DNA of 63,786 bases, counting the filler, from Salisapilia sapeloensis CBS 127946 (lineage: Eukaryota; Protista; Oomycota), in assembly GCA_023334545.1 (NCBI GenBank). It is 6 parts of 6 records of this genome, joined end to end, with 100 filler letters (N's around TTAATTAATTAA, not from the genome) between each part and the next. Parts side by side here need not be neighbours in the genome. Positions count along the whole stretch, not along the records: positions 30,721 to 61,630 come from JAADVB010000219.1; positions 61,731 to 63,786 come from JAADVB010000971.1; 4 more parts are not named here. One strand, written 5' to 3'. How positions within the stretch are numbered: position 1 is the first letter of the stretch; each line of letters starts with the position of its first letter. A program made the position numbers and the translations under genes. This document shows positions 58,301 to 63,786 of this stretch, in pieces. A model generated the notes under the pieces. It saw nothing but the letters and a program-made list of their open reading frames with translations, had not been told where the DNA came from and searched no databases.

Positions 58301-58666
58301 ATTAGACTGCGCTCTTCCTCTCCTTCGGCTGGAACGTCTTCATACCCGATCTCTCCCTTATTAGCAGGCTTTCTATCCGTGATGCCTGGTACGGGTTGCC
58401 CAGATGCTATCTTTTGCTTGATATGCTGCTGCCATCCCAAGGTCGCACAAAGCAAACATAAAGTCTATACGTAATAAAGCATCATTGAAATGAACATCGT
58501 AGCAGTATATAGGCGACGATACCTTGCCTGTGCCGGTCGGGCTCTCCAGAATCGCATTTTGCTTTCCATTTAGCGACTCAATCACTTTTTCCATGTACAA
58601 AAGCTGCGAGTCATATGGCTGGAATGGAAATTGGACTTTGATGCCACTAATGTCCAGCTCGACCAT
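55308..58666 (-). CDS. RTEL1: Regulator of telomere elongation helicase 1 (XPD-family Fe-S helicase) with C-terminal RING (4 exons)
   Basis: [121 protein letters not shown]..CPVC. Confidence 0.93.
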
Positions 58667-58822
58667 CCTTCTGATGTCAATTGGCACACTGGTGCCCGTC
58701 GCCCGACCCACTCGATGGTTTTGTGCAAGTTTTTGTGTTTTGACCATTATTCACTTTCGAGGAGCATCATCAACACAAAATATCTGTACATGTTTACATC
58801 AGTTTGATACGCACAAAGAAAA

Positions 58823-59789
58823 ATGAGCTCGTCACTTGTCACGACGGTCTATCGATCCTTACTGCGCAATGCAAAGATCATGGACAATCATAGGGAGTTC
58901 AAGGTATCCCTACGTGCTACAGTATTGCACGGTTGTAACAAAAGAATTGACATTGTTCTATGTGAGGTAGGCATTGCTGCCATCGAGACTGGCGTGGACG
59001 AAAGATAAGGAATACGATTTTTATGGCACGAATGCTTCCTGCCAACAAGCTATTCGGGACGGCTTCCGATCTAATCAGCCAATTCAGTCAGTCGATCAGC
59101 GCATCGACCTTGCAATCTCAGTGAATCGGCAGGTGAGCCAACGCGTAGAGCTCTTGTATGACAAGTCCACGCCCACGCCCGAGCTGCTCGAATTTAAATA
59201 CCCATTATACACGACCACTTTTGACGAGTACTATGCAAAACTCCGATCAGAGATCCCGAAAGCTGATCTGCAAGCACTGGAAGATGCGCTTGAACTCATT
59301 CAAGGAGCAAGCGACATTCTCGAATCGAACGACATGCCAAAGGAACGCAGTGCTCGCGTTGCGAAGAAATACTACGAAGAATCGGTGAAGCAGTATCCCA
59401 CAGCTGACGGATACGCTTTCCTAGGCTACATGCTGTACATGGAAGGCGAACTGGAGCCAGCTGCGATCCAATGTGAAAAAGCCATTAGCCTCGATCCAAA
59501 GTTCGGTAATCCGTACAACGATCTAGGCCTGATCAAGACGAAACAAGGATACGATGATGAGGCAAAGAAGCTGTTTGATATGGCGTCCGTCGCACCTCGG
59601 TACGAGACGCGCCATTTGGCGTACAAGAATCTAGCTGCCCATCACCTGGAGCACCATCGACTGCGTGCTGCCCTACACTCGTACATCGAGGCACTGCACT
59701 GGACTAACGGAGATGAGAGCAATATGTTGCGGAATACGATCTTTGATATGGGCAAGATTTTCATAGAGATGGCCGATCAGAAAGCGTAA
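58823..59789 (+). CDS. LYR-motif (Complex1_LYR-like) protein fused to TPR repeats (2 exons)
   Basis: N-terminal VYRSLLRNAK..F and IRDGFRSN. C-terminal TPRs ADGYAFLGYMLYMEGELEPA..CEKAISLDPKFGNPYNDLG..PRYETRHLAYKNLA. Intron of about 58903-58970. Confidence 0.75.
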
Positions 59790-60217
59790 ATGCAAAACAT
59801 ATCATCACTTCACCTTCCAACAGACAAATGGCGTTAATTCTTAACATTGCTTTCGAATACTATCGACTATTATCTAGTTTTCAGCTTTGTTCTTCAGTGC
59901 TATTATCCAGTTCGTGCAAACTTTATCATCTCGATATACTATACTTATCTGATAGTGATGCCCCATGAGCAATTTGATGCACCATCATCGATAATCGAAA
60001 TCGATAACAACTACTTTTTGTCCACCATGATGCTATCTGTGATATCCAACATCCATGCTTGTACGCTCCAGAAGTAGAACAAGAAGAAGTGAAATGCTAA
60101 CCTTGGGCAAGAAACGTTTTAACAAAGATGCATCTGCTTGATTTAGCTGGTAAGAATGAAAGTGAGCTTGAGAGAACACAAGCCCAAAGCTTTGCTTCTC
60201 TACTTGGAAGGATGCAG

Positions 60218-61126
60218 CTAGGGATCCACGACAGCTTTGATATCATTCCATGCGGAAGCGATTCGAATGTGCACCGTCGGTGTACGTGAACCACATATAC
60301 TTGTACTGAAACTCGTAATGCCTACTACCTTGCCATTAACAAGTAGCGGTCCACCGCTATCACCTTTACAATGCTGCTGATAACTACCTTTCGTACAAAT
60401 ATGCCTATCAGTCACCTCGGGACGTCTAAACCCATTGTCCTCGCTGAGTACAAGGTCTTCATCAAAATAACGCTTACATTCATCGAATGGAATGATTTCC
60501 ACCGTTCCCTCTCTCAAAGTATTCGAACTGCCAAACTCATTTGGAAGCCCCCAACCGTAAGCTTGAGCTGTCATGCCAGTCATATCTTCAGGGTCGTCAT
60601 CAAGGTGCGAATGATCGATAGGATGTGCATTGGTTACTTCACCCACGAGCTCCAATAATGCCAAGTCTTTATCGATACTGTCGCTTCTATCATATCGGTA
60701 GTCGTAGTGTATCTTGCTAATCCCGAAGTCCTCCTGTCCACGCTCACGATTAAGCAACTTCACTTTATGTGCCATTACGATTACCCTATCAGCTAGCTCG
60801 TACGGTGGTTGCTGGGCTTCCTTGAGAACACAATGTGCAGTAGTAACCACAAACTTTGGGGACACTAGCGTCCCACTGCATACAGAAATATCTCTTCCCA
60901 CGAATTTGAGCACGATAACAACGTAGGGTGCCTTACTTATGTCGTAAACTGGATTTCCTAAGTAAATGCGATTTTCGTCGTTGCTTGCATTGGATCTGTT
61001 ATTGTCCACGGCAACAACACTCGCCAAGTCGTCTTTTACCGCAAGTTTAGCTTCATCAAAGACTAGTGACCAGCCTTGGCTGACACATGCAGAGATGAGA
61101 AGCAGAGCGAAGTAAATAAAGTTCAT
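60218..61126 (-). CDS. Secreted trypsin-fold (S1) serine protease with intact catalytic triad
   Basis: Signal peptide and probable activation site NR|IYLG. CSGTLVSPKFVVTTAHC (His), DKDLALLEL (Asp), CKGDSGGPL (Ser). Confidence 0.92.
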   Translation of the reverse strand: MNFIYFALLLISACVSQGWSLVFDEAKLAVKDDLASVVAVDNNRSNASNDENRIYLGNPVYDISKAPYVVIVLKFVGRDISVCSGTLVSPKFVVTTAHCVLKEAQQPPYELADRVIVMAHKVKLLNRERGQEDFGISKIHYDYRYDRSDSIDKDLALLELVGEVTNAHPIDHSHLDDDPEDMTGMTAQAYGWGLPNEFGSSNTLREGTVEIIPFDECKRYFDEDLVLSEDNGFRRPEVTDRHICTKGSYQQHCKGDSGGPLLVNGKVVGITSFSTSICGSRTPTVHIRIASAWNDIKAVVDP

Positions 61127-61453
61127 ACTATTGTGCGTGGTAACTTGGCAATGATTGAAATTGTGCTATTGGAATGTGTATAAACCTAGATGAAACAGTC
61201 ATCTTTCCCTAAGCTGGTGCAAAGTCAAACACTTGATTAATGGATCAATTTAAGCATGACGCGATCAAAGTCTATTGTGACTAAGCAAAGGTATCTGGCA
61301 CACATTGTACAACATGCTTTGCTTTTAGCCAATTAGACGCGCTATGTTATGCAGTAGGCAATGATATGAAAATGTAATCGTGCTGTTGCGGTCAAATTAC
61401 GAACTGCAACGCGGTTTAAAACAAATGGACGACCAAACAAAGTTCTTGTCATG

Positions 61454-61630
61454 ATCAACGGTACTTACGACAAAAGTCATGCTGTTCGCTACAATGCTTT
61501 CGAAGATGGAAACTCATACCATCATCTTCGGTCTACTTGATTTAACTTTATGAGGCATGACTCATGCACGTATGATTCACCTTTGGTGTGGAGCAGACTA
61601 GGCTTTGACTTTGGTTTGGAAGCTAGCTTC
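61454..61630 (-). repeat. 177-bp repeat, right arm of inverted pair (partner 30721..30897)
   Basis: Reverse complement of 30721..30897 (174/177); ends ...GGAAGCTAGCTTC at the gap edge. Confidence 0.97.
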
Positions 61631-61730
61631 NNNNNNNNNNNNNNNNNNNNNNNNNNNNNNNNNNNNNNNNNNNNTTAATTAATTAANNNNNNNNNNNNNN
61701 NNNNNNNNNNNNNNNNNNNNNNNNNNNNNN
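61631..61730. other. Artificial assembly linker
   Basis: N44-TTAATTAATTAA-N44. Confidence 0.98.
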
Positions 61731-63060
61731 AAAGATTCCTACACCGACAGCGCTGGGTGGCAAATGCCTCGAATCATCGTCGGTAATGGGACGATCTCAA
61801 GCAGTATGGATGACCTCTTATTCGGCCTCGTCAGTGGCGACGAAGCAGCAAGCTTACAAAGCGCGAGCTACGCCGGGCAGCCGGCGACGAATGCCCAGAT
61901 TCTCTCGACGATCGAGAAGCCGAGTCTGGAGCACCCATATCGCTGTACTACTCTCCAATGGCATGCTGGTAGTCCAAGTCTAGCACTCCGGGGGGTAGTC
62001 AAAGACCGCGATGCCGTTTACATTCGAGCGAACGGCATTCTGCAAGTTAATAAAGACGAGCGCATCGGGTTCTATCTCGCACATTCAGTCGACTTGCCAT
62101 CCACTCCTCCGCTCGAAGGACGAGGCATTATACGATCCCGCGGTTCATATTGCGTCCTCTTCAAACCCACTTCCGACCAGTCAGTTGAGGTGTTCACCAA
62201 AGCATATTACGAAGTATTTGGAAACAAGTTTTCGACTCCATCGGTGTCGTCACCTAGGCCAGTGCACTCATGGACAATTGGGCATCCGCTTACTATTCAA
62301 AAAAGAAGAAACTTTCGTGGCTTCTTGAGAGGAACAATGCGAACAAGGATGATAGTATGAGCTTGGTTGGCAACAACGAAGCTGAGGATAAGTCGGAGTG
62401 TCGATCCTGCAAAAAGAGGTTTGGTCCCTTACATAAAGCTTAACCCTGTACCTTGTGTGAGTTGTCCGTCTGTGGAAAATGTCTTACTTCCTTTGAGCTA
62501 CTTGAGGTCGTTCCTAAGTTAAAGCTAATGACCAAGAAGGTTCACCTCTGCCCGACTTGCGACTAACTCACCAATCAGGTCAGCTCGTATAAAGTTGCCC
62601 AACAAGAAATTCGGGCTGGGCGGTATGAAGAAAATGGAAATGGATGTACCACCGTTGAGCCTTCAAGAATTTCTCAACGGTCGGAAGAAGCGGATGCTTG
62701 TTCTAGAAGAGAATCGTGTGTCGGTGAAGTCTACGACTTTGACTCAGATCAGCTTAATCCTTCGACTGAAGGCTCACTCTGCGCATTTGCTCAATTTAAA
62801 TCGCCTAATCACAACGCTCAAGTTGTTGAGTCGAAAAGGAAATCATCGGATGAGGAAGGTGAGGTGCAAGGTGGTCGAGATGGTGGAGATGAATTGGATA
62901 CGATGATTAAAACCTATGGAGTGGTAGCATTACGGAACTTAATCTAAATTACCAAGAGCGTGGTCGGCAGCTGACGTGGCTAAAAATGACTGAACTGCGA
63001 CTCCGCCAGGATGAGGTAACTACTGTAGGATGGAGGGCAGAAGAGAATAGTGATGATTGA
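61731..63060 (+). pseudogene. START-FYVE family pseudogene, copy 3 (5' end in gap)
   Basis: Collinear with copy 2 (KPSLEHPYRCTTLQW, HSVDLPSTPPLEGR, ECRSCKKRFG, LCPTCD, RGRQLTWLKMTELRLRQD). Frameshift near 62230, stops TAG 62255, TAA 62441 and TAA 62564. Confidence 0.88.
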
Positions 63061-63346
63061 ATGGAAAATATTGCGAATTGCGGGTGCGTTGTTTCCTTAA
63101 GAGTAAAAAAGAAAGTATATTGAAAAGTTTAAAAACCTGCGACCGTTTCTACTCCGTCTCTTCACCCATCTCGTGCTTTGCAAATGCATCGGCTTTGAAA
63201 CCTCTCTGCCTGTGCCCGTCCTGTACTTCAGATGTATCAGGTAGAATGACATTTCAACTTGCACTTCAACCTGCACTCTAACTTCAACGTATCCTTGGTC
63301 TTGGAGCTCATGCTTCACCTTACTGCCCCCAAAGGATACGTTGCGT

Positions 63347-63532
63347 TTATCTATAGTTGACAAAAATTTTGGAGAAGCTTTCTATCCGTAGTGTCGTTCG
63401 GTGTAACGGGCTTCTACTGTAACTTTTCTCTTTCGGCATGGCGTTCTTCATTCCACCTTCATCGGCCGAGACGGGCATGGCAGTGTAGGTAGCAGCAACG
63501 ACAGCGAAAACGATAGTGGCAGAAGTCTTCAT
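63347..63532 (-). CDS. Possible small secreted protein (61 aa) or frameshifted remnant
   Basis: ATG 63532 gives MKTSATIVFAVVAATYTAMPVSA, a convincing signal peptide. The rest is short, with no cysteines or known motif. Confidence 0.35.
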   Translation of the reverse strand: MKTSATIVFAVVAATYTAMPVSADEGGMKNAMPKEKSYSRSPLHRTTLRIESFSKIFVNYR

Positions 63533-63786
63533 GCTTGTTGAGGCTGGGAGGATAGCTGGGTTGGATTCCGCTTGAGCAGTCGATGGCACAAAGCACGATG
63601 AGCTTTTGCTGGAGCTGGTTGCAAATAGTCTGGAAGCGTCAAGAAAAGGGATGAAGATCAATGAATCCGAGAACTCCGCGATGGAAGGATACTGATGACA
63701 AACGACTGCAAGCATGACTACATCCATCAGCGTCCACTGGGATCATTCCCAATGCTTCATCTATTCATTCGTCTGGCTTAAGGATC

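Noticed and set aside
60218-61126. Glucanase inhibitor protein (GIP)
   Set aside because: The catalytic triad is intact, whereas GIPs lack it.
16880-61730. TTAATTAATTAA palindrome recurring five times inside N runs
   Set aside because: This is an artificial six-frame-stop scaffold linker, identical at each gap. ORF-track proteins ending in X..LIN are artefacts.
27076-63060. Stop-codon reassignment or readthrough explaining the in-frame stops in START-FYVE copies
   Set aside because: All three stop types occur together with frameshifts, at different positions in each copy. Conserved genes in the window end normally on TAA, TAG or TGA.
63347-63532. RxLR effector (RTTLR)
   Set aside because: The spacing is R-x-x-L-R, not R-x-L-R, and no dEER follows.
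1-63786. CRISPR array, rRNA, spliceosomal snRNA, intact transposase or viral genes
   Set aside because: No regularly spaced repeats, no U1/U2/U5/U6 or rRNA signature motifs, and no DDE, RT or capsid motifs were seen.

Overview
This is a gene-dense eukaryotic window from an oomycete. Evidence for the lineage: short GT-AG introns, INR/FPR core-promoter motifs, a CBEL-type CBM1/PAN protein, an M96-like gene, a PDR-type ABCG transporter, START-FYVE and 'WRKY19-like' zinc-finger families. It is six contigs joined by five artificial 100-nt linkers (N44-TTAATTAATTAA-N44), so adjacency across gaps is unproven. About 30 protein genes can be supported, including SNRNP27, CNOT9/RCD1, NMT, GlyRS, uridine phosphorylase, NDUFA12, Site-1 protease, ALG5, RTEL1, a PSAT-like acyltransferase, two M28 peptidases and a class C GPCR-like protein. 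There is one tRNA-Leu(TAG), three identical tRNA-Gly(GCC), and three decayed START-FYVE paralogues. The most unusual observations are: (1) the 30.9-kb contig 30721-61630 is bounded by a 177-bp, palindrome-rich inverted repeat (174/177 identical); (2) a PSAT / anchor-less Site-1 protease / PDR-ABCG trio that may be a sterol-handling neighbourhood; (3) a class C GPCR whose ectodomain looks like a betaine-type periplasmic binding protein; (4) an intron-containing, Staphylococcus-like GlyQS with a mitochondrial-type presequence; (5) a LYR-motif protein fused to a bacterial-like TPR module. Family assignments come from recalled motifs; no database search was run.
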